Shown here: positions 18,946 to 28,300 of the stretch, in pieces | How positions within the stretch are numbered: the first letter of the stretch is position 1 | Layout of the letters: each line of letters begins with the position of its first letter | From: a virus | Lineage: Duplodnaviria > Heunggongvirae > Uroviricota > Caudoviricetes | Length of the DNA: 64,000 bases | Virus record (IMG/VR): IMGVR_UViG_2913112809_000002 | Direction: 5' to 3' (one strand) | Made by a program: the position numbers and the translations under genes | The notes under the pieces: model-generated | Seen by the model: the letters and a program-made list of their open reading frames with translations, nothing else | Database searches by the model: none | Told to the model about the DNA's origin: nothing

Positions 18946-19504
18946 ATGACCACTCAGATTTCTGTCGAAACTCTTTCCCCAATTACACACAACCAAATTC
19001 CCGTTATCACTACCGAGTTACTGGCACAGCTTTACTGTACCGAGATCAACAACATCAAAGTAAATTACACCCGTAATTCCGAGCGTTTTGTTGAGGGTAA
19101 ACACTTTTTCAAGATTGTTGGTGATGAGTTGAAAAAATTTGCGGGTTACTTTAAGTAACTCACAAACGCCTGTTTCCCCCAAAACCCGCTCCCTCATCCT
19201 CTGGACAGAACGCGGAGCAGCCCGCCACGCAAAAATGCTGGAAACCGAGCAGGCGTGGGAAGTGTTCGAAAAACTGGAAGACTGTTATTTCAGTCAGAAA
19301 CGCCCGGAAGAAAAAGCACCGGATTTTATGCCACGCCGCTTTCTTCTCACTCTGGTCAATAACCAGTGGTATGTTGAGCCTGTGTCTGCTGATGCGTTTG
19401 TGGCAACGCCGGACTCACTGGTGGCCAGGCTTCAGGCCGAGAGATATCTGTTCGATCAGCAGAGCATAAAGGAGATCATCCAGACCTGCCTGAAGATGAT
19501 TTAA
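18946..19504 (+). pseudogene. ORF6N/Rha-type antirepressor-like gene split over two frames
   Basis: First frame ends ...GDELKKFAGYFK*, second frame continues ...RSLILWTERGAARHAKMLETEQAWEVFEKLED. Confidence 0.35.
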
Positions 19505-19768
19505 AAATTCATTCCGATATGGGAATCCCCATATCGGGAGAATATTACCACCGGGGATAAAATGATTTGCGGTGAAAGGGAAGTTAAGTAGAATTGCTGC
19601 GGGTGCTTGAGGCTATCTGCCTCGGGCATGAATACCAACGGCAGATAGAGAAAAGCCCCAGTTAACATTACGCGTCCTGCAAGACGCTTAACATTAATCT
19701 GAGGCCATATCTATGCGACACATAGAGATTAGCCTCTTACGGACCGAAAGGTCAAGGAGAAGCAGGCT

Positions 19769-19924
19769 ATGAAGCAGCAAAAGGCGATGTTAATCGCCCT
19801 GATCGTCATCTGTTTAACCGTCATAGTGACGGCACTGGTAACGAGGAAAGACCTCTGCGAGGTACGAATCCGAACCGGCCAGACGGAGGTCGCTGTCTTC
19901 ACAGCTTACGAACCTGAGGAGTAA
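19769..19924 (+). CDS. hok: Hok/Gef family type I toxin
   Basis: Manual translation MKQQKAMLIALIVICLTVIVTALVTRKDLCEVRIRTGQTEVAVFTAYEPEE (51 aa). Confidence 0.85.
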   Translation: MKQQKAMLIALIVICLTVIVTALVTRKDLCEVRIRTGQTEVAVFTAYEPEE

Positions 19925-19993
19925 GAGTGACCAGGCGAGGGAGAAATCCCTCGCCGCCTCTGACGTGTCAGGCATTCTCAAAGCACCCGCACT

Positions 19994-20025
19994 TAACCCG
20001 CTTCGGCGGGTTTTGTTTTTTTCTG
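19994..20025 (+). terminator. Terminator-like hairpin after hok
   Basis: cccgcttcggcggg hairpin followed by T-run. Confidence 0.45.
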
Positions 20026-20093
20026 GCATTCTGGTTTACAATCCACTCGTCAGCCTGAACAACTGACACCTGCTGCGCCAGCAGAGAAAACCG

Positions 20094-20372
20094 ATGGCGC
20101 AAAATTCCAGACCACACAATTCTGATAATTCAGCCGTCTTTGCCAGCAGGCACGGGCGGCGTTCCCGCACATTCAAATCTGACTGGTTCCAGCACGACCC
20201 ATGCACTGAAGAACAAGCCGAATGGCTAATTCAGAACTACCGCAGACGTGGGTATGAGTTTCAGAAAGACCTCAGTCTTGACTTCCGACACTGGATAATC
20301 TCAGTCAGGCTGCCGTACTCCGAGCGCCCACCGCGTCCATCCCGCACATTCCAGCAACGGATCTGGAGGTAA
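20094..20372 (+). CDS. Hypothetical protein (position of rem in Qin-type prophages)
   Basis: 92-aa ORF after hok. Confidence 0.4.
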   Translation: MAQNSRPHNSDNSAVFASRHGRRSRTFKSDWFQHDPCTEEQAEWLIQNYRRRGYEFQKDLSLDFRHWIISVRLPYSERPPRPSRTFQQRIWR

Positions 20373-20373
20373 T

Positions 20374-20934
20374 GTGAGAGCATTACTGACACCTGAAATT
20401 GCCCCGCGTATGGGGATCGTACTGTTCAGGCCAGGTTCAGAGCTGATGCCATTGTTTATGCAGGGGCGTGTCTTGCTGGAGCCTGAGCCGGAACGTTATT
20501 CATCTTTTGCCAGTGGTGTCGTTCCGGCGGCATCGCAACCGCTGGCGGATGATCCTGTCGTTCGGGCCGTATTCCGCAATGAGGCAGTGATCCGTCGTGC
20601 AGGTGGCGTGGAATGCCTTGAAAGCTGGTTACTTCGTGAAAAAGGCTGTCAGTGGCCTCATTCTGACTGGCACAGCGAGAACATGACCACAATGCGTCAC
20701 GCGCCGGGAGCAATCCGTTTGTGCTGGCACTGCGATAATCAACTGCGCGATCAGTTCACAGAACGGTTGGAATCAATGGCAACGGATAACTGCGTCCGTT
20801 GGGTGTTGTCTGTTGTCCGTCGGGATCTCGGTTTTGATGAAAGTCACGTTGTGACAATGCCGGAACTGTGTTGGTGGCTGGTTCGTAATGACCTGGCGGA
20901 TGCCTTACCTGAAAGCGCAGCCCGTAGGCTCTGA
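20374..20934 (+). CDS. DUF968-like protein, N-terminal portion
   Basis: 186-aa ORF; may be first half of a split ydfU-like gene. Confidence 0.4.
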   Translation: MRALLTPEIAPRMGIVLFRPGSELMPLFMQGRVLLEPEPERYSSFASGVVPAASQPLADDPVVRAVFRNEAVIRRAGGVECLESWLLREKGCQWPHSDWHSENMTTMRHAPGAIRLCWHCDNQLRDQFTERLESMATDNCVRWVLSVVRRDLGFDESHVVTMPELCWWLVRNDLADALPESAARRL

Positions 20935-20951
20935 GATTACCGAAGCCTGCT

Positions 20952-21362
20952 GTGCAGTCTGTCACTCGGGAAAGTGACCTCGTACCTTCAGTTCCGGCCA
21001 CCAGCATCATCCAGGATAAAGCGAAAAAGGTGCTGGCGCTGAAAGTGGATCCGGAATCGCCGGAGTCTTTTATGTTACGCCCCAAACGTCGCCGCTGGGT
21101 TAACGAAAAGTACACGCGCTGGGTTAAGACACAGCCGTGTGCATGTTGTGGTAAGCCAGCCGACGATCCCCATCACCTGATTGGTCACGGTCAGGGAGGG
21201 ATGGGGACAAAAGCCCACGATATTTTCACGCTACCGCTGTGCCGGGAGCATCACAACGAACTTCATGCTGATCCGCTGGCATTTGAAGAAAAGCATGGTT
21301 CCCAGATTGATTTAATTTTTCGTTTTCTTGATCACGCCTTTGCAACCGGCGTGCTTGGGTAA
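20952..21362 (+). CDS. DUF968-like C-terminal portion with HNH-like Cys/His motif
   Basis: CACCGKPADDPHHLIGHGQGG...CREHHNELH; frame differs from upstream ORF; true start uncertain. Confidence 0.4.
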   Translation: MQSVTRESDLVPSVPATSIIQDKAKKVLALKVDPESPESFMLRPKRRRWVNEKYTRWVKTQPCACCGKPADDPHHLIGHGQGGMGTKAHDIFTLPLCREHHNELHADPLAFEEKHGSQIDLIFRFLDHAFATGVLG

Positions 21363-21374
21363 AAGAGGTTACTG

Positions 21375-21734
21375 ATGCGTATAGAGTTTGTTTTGCCTTA
21401 CCCGCCGACGGTGAACACCTACTGGCGACGTCGTGGCAGCATATATTTTGTATCAAAAGCCGGTGAGCGTTATCGCCGTGATGTGGCGCTTATTGTTCGT
21501 CAGCAGCGGCTGAAATTAAACCTGTCCGGAAGGCTGGCGATAAAGATTATTGCAGAGCCACCGGATAAGCGCCGTCGTGACCTGGACAATATTCTGAAAG
21601 CTCCACTGGATGCGCTGACGCATGCCGGACTACTCATAGACGACGAGCAGTTTGATGAAATCAATATTGTGCGCGGTCAGCTCGTTCCTGGTGGGCGGCT
21701 GGGGATAAAAATCACAGAACTGGAGTGCGCATGA
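21375..21734 (+). CDS. rusA: Holliday junction resolvase RusA
   Basis: 119 aa with DKRRRDLDN...LIDDEQ RusA motifs. Confidence 0.85.
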   Translation: MRIEFVLPYPPTVNTYWRRRGSIYFVSKAGERYRRDVALIVRQQRLKLNLSGRLAIKIIAEPPDKRRRDLDNILKAPLDALTHAGLLIDDEQFDEINIVRGQLVPGGRLGIKITELECA

Positions 21735-22420
21735 ATAACCAGTATTTACAGTTTGTTCGTGAGCAACTCATGATTGCCACCGCCGATTTGAGTGGAGCAA
21801 CAAAAGGACAGCTTGAGGCCTGGCAGGAGAATGCCATGCTTGAAACAGGGCGTTACAGGCGTAAAAAAATCCGGTACCGCGATGAAGTGACCGGAAAAAT
21901 GATAACGCGGGATAATCCACCAATCCCGGGAAAACAATCGCTTGCGAAAGGTTCGTCAATTCCTCTGGTAAGTCAGGTTGAGTTTTCGACATCATCATGG
22001 CGACGGGCAGTTCTGTCTCTTGAAGAACATCATAAAGCCTGGTTGTTGTGGTGTTACAGCGGCAGCATTTGCTGGGAACACCAGATCGCGATAACGCAGT
22101 GGGTGTGGAATGAATTTAACGCACAATCCGGTACCAGAAAAATTGCAGGGAAAACGCTGGAGCGCCTGAAAAAATTAATCTGGCTGGCGGCACAGGATGT
22201 CAGAGGATGGATTACCGGGCGTGAGGTCTACCAGCGACAGGAACTTGCCAGGCTGTGTGGAATTAAACCTGACAACTGGAGCCATAATTATGCGAACTAC
22301 TGGCGTGAGATGTGCGACATTTTTAAGAATCTTGATACAGAATCCTTGATTTGCACAGTGAAAATGAGAACGCAACAAAAAGCGACCTTTTCGCGACGAG
22401 ATGTTGCAAAAATCAATTAA
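21725..22420 (+). CDS. Late antiterminator Q-like protein (Qin quuQ-type)
   Basis: 231 aa; position before terminator, tRNAs and lysis genes. Confidence 0.6.
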   Translation: MRMNNQYLQFVREQLMIATADLSGATKGQLEAWQENAMLETGRYRRKKIRYRDEVTGKMITRDNPPIPGKQSLAKGSSIPLVSQVEFSTSSWRRAVLSLEEHHKAWLLWCYSGSICWEHQIAITQWVWNEFNAQSGTRKIAGKTLERLKKLIWLAAQDVRGWITGREVYQRQELARLCGIKPDNWSHNYANYWREMCDIFKNLDTESLICTVKMRTQQKATFSRRDVAKIN

Positions 22421-22484
22421 ATCGCGTACATTTCGTGTAAATTTGATATTTTGCCGATTTTATACGCGATGGCAAAGCAAGCAA

Positions 22485-22510
22485 AACCCGCCGCCGAGCG
22501 GGTTTTTTTA
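22485..22510 (+). terminator. tR'-like terminator after second Q
   Basis: cccgc-cgccgagc-gggtt hairpin followed by T7. Confidence 0.5.
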
Positions 22511-22744
22511 TGTCCGCAAAATGGCGTGGAAGAAAAAATTAATCAGATTGTAACTGAGATAAAAAACAATCGTTAAATATGCATTTAATAATTTCTTTAT
22601 TTCATAAAAAATAAAAACATATACGTATATTTACAAATCTTGATATGATTTTCCATTGAAAAGAGAGCTGGTATTATTAATATCGGTCCCCGGTTCCGAA
22701 GGGGATGTAAGCGCGGTCATTTTTATTTCTCTTGAGGAACCAAT

Positions 22745-22820
<76 letters not shown>

Positions 22821-22823
22821 TAT

Positions 22824-22898
<75 letters not shown>

Positions 22899-23120
22899 TA
22901 GTAGTAAGGCGAGATTGTGTTATGCACTGACACATTATATATGTGGGGATGGTTTTTGGCCTCTTTATCCACGTCCCGTTCTGTAATGAGTGATACCAAT
23001 TGCAGTCCAGTGCTATTTTTTTACACCATCGGAATGGTGCATCATCCCGATGTTGTAAACATCGCTAAACGTGACATTGAGATTAATCATATATTAATCA
23101 AAATCTGGTAATACATCCTT

Positions 23121-23148
23121 AACCGCCGAACCAGGCGGTTTTTTTTAT
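23121..23148 (+). terminator. Intrinsic terminator after tRNA pair
   Basis: accgcc-gaacca-ggcggt hairpin followed by T9. Confidence 0.55.
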
Positions 23149-23420
23149 TTCTTCTCCGGACAAAAAAAAGACACGAGCATCCTGGAATACTCGTGGGACA
23201 AGGTACTTGGTTAGCAATTTGCGAGAGGGTGAAAAAAATGGCGCGGCTGTCGGATTAAAGCCGCGGGACAAAGTCCATGAAGAATAATAAGTATCAGTCT
23301 CCTACAGGAGACGAGTTGATATTACTAAGCTTTAAAAATGGTTTAAATCCTCAGATTAACCTTAATTTCAGGTAAGTCTTATTTCATTTCTTCGCGCCGC
23401 GCCCGGCGCACATCAAAAAC

Positions 23421-23524
23421 CACAGAGCCTTTCAGGGGTGAGCTTACGGGATGGTCAGTGTGACTTTCTCTGTGGGCTGGTCACTCCTGGGGCGCAGGCT
23501 CACCCACTAAAAGGAAAAGTCACG
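23421..23524 (+). promoter_or_regulatory. Conserved ~100-nt leader element, copy B1
   Basis: Homologous to 25646..25754 and to minus-strand 640..760. Confidence 0.45.
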
Positions 23525-23950
23525 ATGTTTGGTATTTTCAAAAAGAAAACCCGCAAGGCCATTACCGAAGTGAAGAAGATGGAGAACCGCGACGCAGTGG
23601 AGGCGACCGTCTGGGGTGCGTATTCCATTGCATACGCTGACGGCACCTGTGACGCGAAAGAAATCGCGGTACTGGAGAAAACCATTGCAGCACTTCCTGC
23701 CTTTGCGCCGTTCTCCGGTGAGATTGCACAAATGAGCGCAAATATCCGCGCCCGTTATGAAGCGTCACCGCGTAGCGCGAATGCTCAGGCATTGCGTGAA
23801 CTGGCTGATGTGGCAGGAACAGACGACGCGGTGAATGTGCTGTGCCTGTGTCTGGATATCGCTGACCAGGATGGAATTGGTCCGGAGGAAGAAGCACAAC
23901 TCAAGAAAATTGCTCAGGCGCTTCAGCTACCGCTGGAGCAGTACCTGTGA
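23525..23950 (+). CDS. TerB-like domain protein (cargo between tRNAs and lysis genes)
   Basis: 141 aa MFGIFKKKTRKAITEVKKMENRDAVEATVWGAYSIAYADG..., helical; TerB assignment from recollection only. Confidence 0.45.
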   Translation: MFGIFKKKTRKAITEVKKMENRDAVEATVWGAYSIAYADGTCDAKEIAVLEKTIAALPAFAPFSGEIAQMSANIRARYEASPRSANAQALRELADVAGTDDAVNVLCLCLDIADQDGIGPEEEAQLKKIAQALQLPLEQYL

Positions 23951-24037
23951 AAAGTGCGCGCCTTGTGCTGGCTGCCATCCTGCTGTTTCTGGTAGTGGCG
24001 GTGGATTTCACCGGACGGCTGATGTCGGTGCTGGCAG

Positions 24038-24583
24038 ATGGTGTGCTGGTGGCGATGGTGCTGGTCGTGCTCCGGCCTTTACTGCGCAAATCTGAATAAC
24101 ACCACACAAAAGGCATCTGCGGGTGCCTTTGACGGGGTGTTGTTTTTTACGGGCCGCTGGTGGCCCTTTTTTATTTGCAGGAGAAGTTATGGCAGCAGAA
24201 CCTTGTCTGGTGGCGGGGCGGTGGGGCTGACGATAGGTGGAGCCAGTGTATTCGGGATTCTGACCAACACCGATTTCGGCGTGGTTATTGGCGCGTTTGC
24301 AGGGGCGCTTTTTGTTGTCACACAGCAAAAGGAAGTGCCTGTCTGGCGGATGTGTATCCACCTGCTGGTTGCTTTCGTGGTTGGCGTACTTGGTGCGGGT
24401 GTGGCTGCGTCTTTCATGCAGTGGTTAACGCACTACGACGACAAGCCACTGGACGCTCTGTGTGCGGTTGGTGTTTCAGCCCTGTCAATTAAGGCGCTGA
24501 CGTTCCTGTATCAGCAGGAGATTACATCGCTGTTCGGTTTTCTGACGAAGCTGCGCGGCGGAGGAGGAGGAAATGGTAAGTGA
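24038..24583 (+). CDS. Membrane protein (2-3 TM), possible holin/antiholin; start uncertain
   Basis: Hydrophobic segments; good RBS+ATG at 24189 is in a different frame. Confidence 0.3.
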   Translation: MVCWWRWCWSCSGLYCANLNNTTQKASAGAFDGVLFFTGRWWPFFICRRSYGSRTLSGGGAVGLTIGGASVFGILTNTDFGVVIGAFAGALFVVTQQKEVPVWRMCIHLLVAFVVGVLGAGVAASFMQWLTHYDDKPLDALCAVGVSALSIKALTFLYQQEITSLFGFLTKLRGGGGGNGK

Positions 24584-24848
24584 TGTTGCCGGGCAGGTGA
24601 ATGTATTCGTCTGTGTGGCTGTTGTGCTGGGATTGCTCGTGTTCCGGTGGAGGGATGCGGCCCACAAACCCGTCATGGCCTGGCTGACTTATCTGCTGAT
24701 GCTGGGATACGCAATTATTCCGCTGCGCTGGCTTTACGGTACCTACATGCAGTCGAGCTGGCTGGTCGTGGTGCTGAATCTTGTTTTCTGCGCACTGATA
24801 GTCTGGTCGCGTGGAAACGTATCAAAAATTATTTCATTACGGAGGTGA
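24573..24848 (+). CDS. Putative holin (three TM helices)
   Basis: 91 aa, SD ggagga before ATG, immediately upstream of endolysin. Confidence 0.45.
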   Translation: MVSDVAGQVNVFVCVAVVLGLLVFRWRDAAHKPVMAWLTYLLMLGYAIIPLRWLYGTYMQSSWLVVVLNLVFCALIVWSRGNVSKIISLRR

Positions 24849-24850
24849 GT

Positions 24851-25228
24851 ATGCCGGGGAAATTCAGATTCAGTCGTCGTAGCGAAAAAAATCTGGAGGG
24901 CGTCAAACCACAGCTGGTTGCCGTTGTTCGCCGTGCGCTGGAACTGACGGATGTTGATTTCGGTATTACGGAAGGTCTGCGCACGAAAGAACGCCAGAAA
25001 CAGCTGGTTGCTGAAGGAAAAAGCCAGACCATGAACAGCCGCCACCTGACCGGTGATGCGGTGGATGTTGTGGCCTACATTGGCAGCCAGGTGTCATGGG
25101 ACTGGCCTCTGTACGAGAAAATCGCGCATGCATTTAAGCAGGCTGCCGCAGAGCTGGGAACTGCCATCGAATGGGGTGGGGACTGGCGGACGCTTAAAGA
25201 CGGCCCACATTTTCAATTGAAACGATAG
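24851..25228 (+). CDS. Endolysin, peptidase M15 family (L-alanyl-D-glutamate peptidase type)
   Basis: MPGKFRFSRRSEKNLEGVKPQLVAV...H..D..DV...W.DGPHFQL motifs. Confidence 0.7.
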   Translation: MPGKFRFSRRSEKNLEGVKPQLVAVVRRALELTDVDFGITEGLRTKERQKQLVAEGKSQTMNSRHLTGDAVDVVAYIGSQVSWDWPLYEKIAHAFKQAAAELGTAIEWGGDWRTLKDGPHFQLKR

Positions 25229-25298
25229 CTTGCAAAACATACAGGGCCGCCATGAGCGGCTTTTTTATTGCTCAAAAAACGAAAGAACGGAGGTACGT

Positions 25299-25580
25299 AT
25301 GTACGCACTGAAAAAAATTACGGTAACTGAAGATGGTCGCCAGGTTGAGGAAGTGCATGTCCTGGGGGATATGTATCGTCTGGAATTTTACCCGCGTAAT
25401 ACCCATCTTGCAGCGCAGGTTGAGTATTGTCGGGACGGGAATATTCCATGCATTTCTGTAGAAAAAACGGATGAGGCTTATATCACTACGCTGAATGGCG
25501 ATACGGTGCGTTGCATTTGTCGCGGTGACAGCAAAGCCCGGAATGAAATAGCCAGATGTCGCGCCCATACAGATAAATAA
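25299..25580 (+). CDS. Hypothetical Cys-rich protein
   Basis: 93 aa, between terminator-like hairpins. Confidence 0.35.
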   Translation: MYALKKITVTEDGRQVEEVHVLGDMYRLEFYPRNTHLAAQVEYCRDGNIPCISVEKTDEAYITTLNGDTVRCICRGDSKARNEIARCRAHTDK

Positions 25581-25645
25581 AAAGCAAAATACAAGGCTGC
25601 AACGAGTGGCCTTGTTTATCTCAGCACTTCGCACGGTGCGCATAA

Positions 25646-25754
25646 AACAGAGAATCTTTCAGGATGAGCCTTGAGGAAAACCGGTAGTGGTCTGGTTAAC
25701 CCTCTCTGGCTGGTTATTCCTGTGCGCAAGGTTCATCACTAAAAGGAATAAACC
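25646..25754 (+). promoter_or_regulatory. Conserved ~100-nt leader element, copy B2
   Basis: Homologous to 23421..23524; ends at ATG of antirepressor. Confidence 0.45.
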
Positions 25755-26450
25755 ATGAACGAGATGATTTCTGTCGATCATGAAATATCCATGAGCAGTC
25801 TGGACTTCCTGAATAACATTATTAATCCAGCTCGTATAGAGGCTGGAGAAGTCCCTCACGAACCGCGTAAGTTTCTTGCAAAAATTGAAGACGAGCTTGA
25901 GCTTGATGGAACCGGAAAAAAATTCCGGTTAAACAATAACCAGACAAGAACAGCATATTACGATCTGGACTTCGACCAAATGATGCTCGTTGGCATGAGA
26001 GAGTCTAAGGCTGTTCGGCGTTCTGTGCTGGCAAGACTTAAAGCGATGCACGGTATACAAATTCCTCAGACCTTACCTGATGCATTGCGATTTGCGGCAA
26101 AATTGGCAGAGCAAAAAGCAGAGCTGGAAAATAAACTGGCAATAGCGGCACCGAAAGCTGAATTTGTTGATAATTATGTTGAGGCATCCGGCCTGATGGG
26201 GTTCAGGGAGGTTGCTAAATTGCTCGGTATTAGAGAAACCGATTTCCGGCTGTTTTTGCTGGAGAACGGCATAATGTATCGTCTTGCCGGAAAAATGACG
26301 CCTTACTCACATCACCTGGATGCTGGTCGTTTTAGCGTGAAAACCGGAGAAGCAGGCAATGGTCATGCTTTTACACAGGTTAAGTTCACTCCAAAAGGCA
26401 TTCAGTGGGTTGCTGGCTTGATCGCTGCTTGGAGAGCCACCGCAGCATGA
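25755..26450 (+). CDS. Antirepressor-like protein (KilA-C-type C-terminal domain)
   Basis: 231 aa; C-terminal FVDNYVEASGLMGFREVAKLLGIRETDFRLFLLENGIMY. Confidence 0.6.
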   Translation: MNEMISVDHEISMSSLDFLNNIINPARIEAGEVPHEPRKFLAKIEDELELDGTGKKFRLNNNQTRTAYYDLDFDQMMLVGMRESKAVRRSVLARLKAMHGIQIPQTLPDALRFAAKLAEQKAELENKLAIAAPKAEFVDNYVEASGLMGFREVAKLLGIRETDFRLFLLENGIMYRLAGKMTPYSHHLDAGRFSVKTGEAGNGHAFTQVKFTPKGIQWVAGLIAAWRATAA

Positions 26451-26543
26451 ACACGAAACAAACATACTGGAAGTTTTTACTCATATGGATAATTCCATTC
26501 TTGTGGGTGCGGCCCAATTGATTACAGCCATTAAGGGATAAAC

Positions 26544-26678
26544 ATGTCGGATAAAATGGTAAAGCTGGCACAGATCCTCTGTGTGATAACTGGTCTTTCA
26601 TTTTCGGTAATGCTGGTGGCTATTTTCATTTCCACAGCCTGGATGGCGTTGAGTTCATCCGGATTGATTGGTGGATAG
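26544..26678 (+). CDS. Small membrane peptide (44 aa)
   Basis: MSDKMVKLAQILCVITGLSFSVMLVAIFISTAWMALSSSGLIGG; SD before ATG. Confidence 0.3.
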   Translation: MSDKMVKLAQILCVITGLSFSVMLVAIFISTAWMALSSSGLIGG

Positions 26679-26682
26679 CGAG

Positions 26683-26865
26683 ATGAAGCGGAAGCACTGG
26701 ACACACAGAATGCCTCGAGCGGCGGCAAAATGGGCACTGGTAGCGATACCGGTGCCTTTTTTATTGGCGGGATGCGTCAGCCTAGATAAGGCGCGTCAGC
26801 TTTTCGATACGGCTTCTCAGGTTTGCCAGCTTATTGATGGCGTTCGGCGGTGCACACAGAATTGA
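26683..26865 (+). CDS. Putative small lipoprotein
   Basis: Lipobox LLAGC after a basic N-terminus; weak RBS. Confidence 0.35.
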   Translation: MKRKHWTHRMPRAAAKWALVAIPVPFLLAGCVSLDKARQLFDTASQVCQLIDGVRRCTQN

Positions 26866-27789
26866 TCGCTTGTAAGAGTAGAATATTTTGCTGAAAAATG
26901 AAGGGTGCGCCAGCGTCCGGAAAGCATGAAATTCTGTGTTTGTGGCTACTCAATAAAATAAATTCTTTCTGTCGCCGCGAATACTCAAATGTTGATCAGT
27001 GCCCGGTGCGGCGACGGGCTTCGATATCAGGAGACGATGATGGAAGCAACAGAAGATGATCGTCATCCTGGTTGTCCGGTATTTGCCTGCATGAAATTAC
27101 CGGAAGGCGCAGTCGTTACTAAGTAACAGGCATTACAGCAGCCCTTCTGTGAGGGGCTGCGATAATGCAACACAGGAATAAAAACCGGCCAGGGAGAATC
27201 CGTTAAAGGTCTGCCGGTGGCGAAAGATAGCCAAGGCGTCAACTTACGCTATTGCTCATGGTGATGCAATGCATCGCCCTAATGAAGTTAATAGATCTCT
27301 GATTTATCTCTGCGCGTCGTATCGTCGCCGTATTCCCGCATTAACAGAGACCGCAGCCCGATGGGAAGCTCTTCTGCGCGAGTGTGCAGGAATAATCAAA
27401 AACGATGCACACCGGGTTTTTACCGCGCTATTGATTCGCGGGTTTGTCCCTCATGCTCGCCAGTCCTGTGCGAGGTTGGAAGAAACAGGGCATGTATTCA
27501 GGAGCGTGCGACCGTGGTCGCACGGTATCTTTGTCAGGAGGTTGTGATGAAAGAGTCGCAGAAATTTAATTCAAAAATGGAACGATTCAGTTCTCCTGAG
27601 CGAGAGGCTTACAACATGCATTCATTGAGTGCCTGTTGTAATATCGCCAAACATTAATCAGGTGCACGAGATGTCGGCTAATACTGACCCTGACGAAATG
27701 TGGCGCTGCTTTAATCTGAAAGATGGTGCAGACGACCTGTAGTTCGCATCCATTCCTGATTACCCTATTCAAGTTGATGAGACAGAAAC

Positions 27790-28035
27790 ATGACAGCTGC
27801 TAAAGAGCAGATTGAATATGAGCTAAATGTATTCTTCGCGTCCGCCCTTGGTGATGTGTTTAAAAGTTGCCGACTGGCTGAAAGCGTATTGGATTACCAG
27901 ATTTCTACTGTTAGTTTTCCAACGGAAAAAAACGCCTGGCTGGAGCTAGGTGAATTACCCGTGATTATCGAGTTGTCTAACGGACGTCGCTTTGAGATTA
28001 GTGCGTCTGAATGGTTGCAAATCACACCGCTTTAA
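27790..28035 (+). CDS. Hypothetical protein near cos
   Basis: 81-aa ORF upstream of cos. Confidence 0.3.
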   Translation: MTAAKEQIEYELNVFFASALGDVFKSCRLAESVLDYQISTVSFPTEKNAWLELGELPVIIELSNGRRFEISASEWLQITPL

Positions 28036-28111
28036 ATTAAGCCCGCTGCCCACCTTGGCTACAGGCATACGCTTAGTGGCTGGGTCCTTTCCGGCGATCC
28101 GGCAGGCTACG

Positions 28112-28123
28112 GGGCGTCAGGCG
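28112..28123. other. cos: cosN-like cohesive-end site (gggcgtcaggcg), with lambda-like cosB flank
   Basis: Flank cgcgggttttcgctatttatgaaaaatttccggtttaaggcg matches lambda left end as recalled; 12-mer differs from lambda GGGCGGCGACCT. Confidence 0.55.
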
Positions 28124-28300
28124 CGCGGGTTTTCGCTATTTATGAAAAATTTCCGGTTTAAGGCGTTTCCGTTCTTCTTCGTCGTAACTTAATGTTTTTA
28201 TTTAAAACACCCCCTGAAAAGAAAGGAAACGACAGGTGCTGAAAACGGGCTTTTTGGCCTCTGTCGTTTCCTTTCTCTGTTTTTGTCCGTGGAATGAACA

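Noticed and set aside
19814-20029. 71-aa ORF on the minus strand
   Set aside because: Antisense to the hok toxin gene and its terminator; hok reading is far better supported
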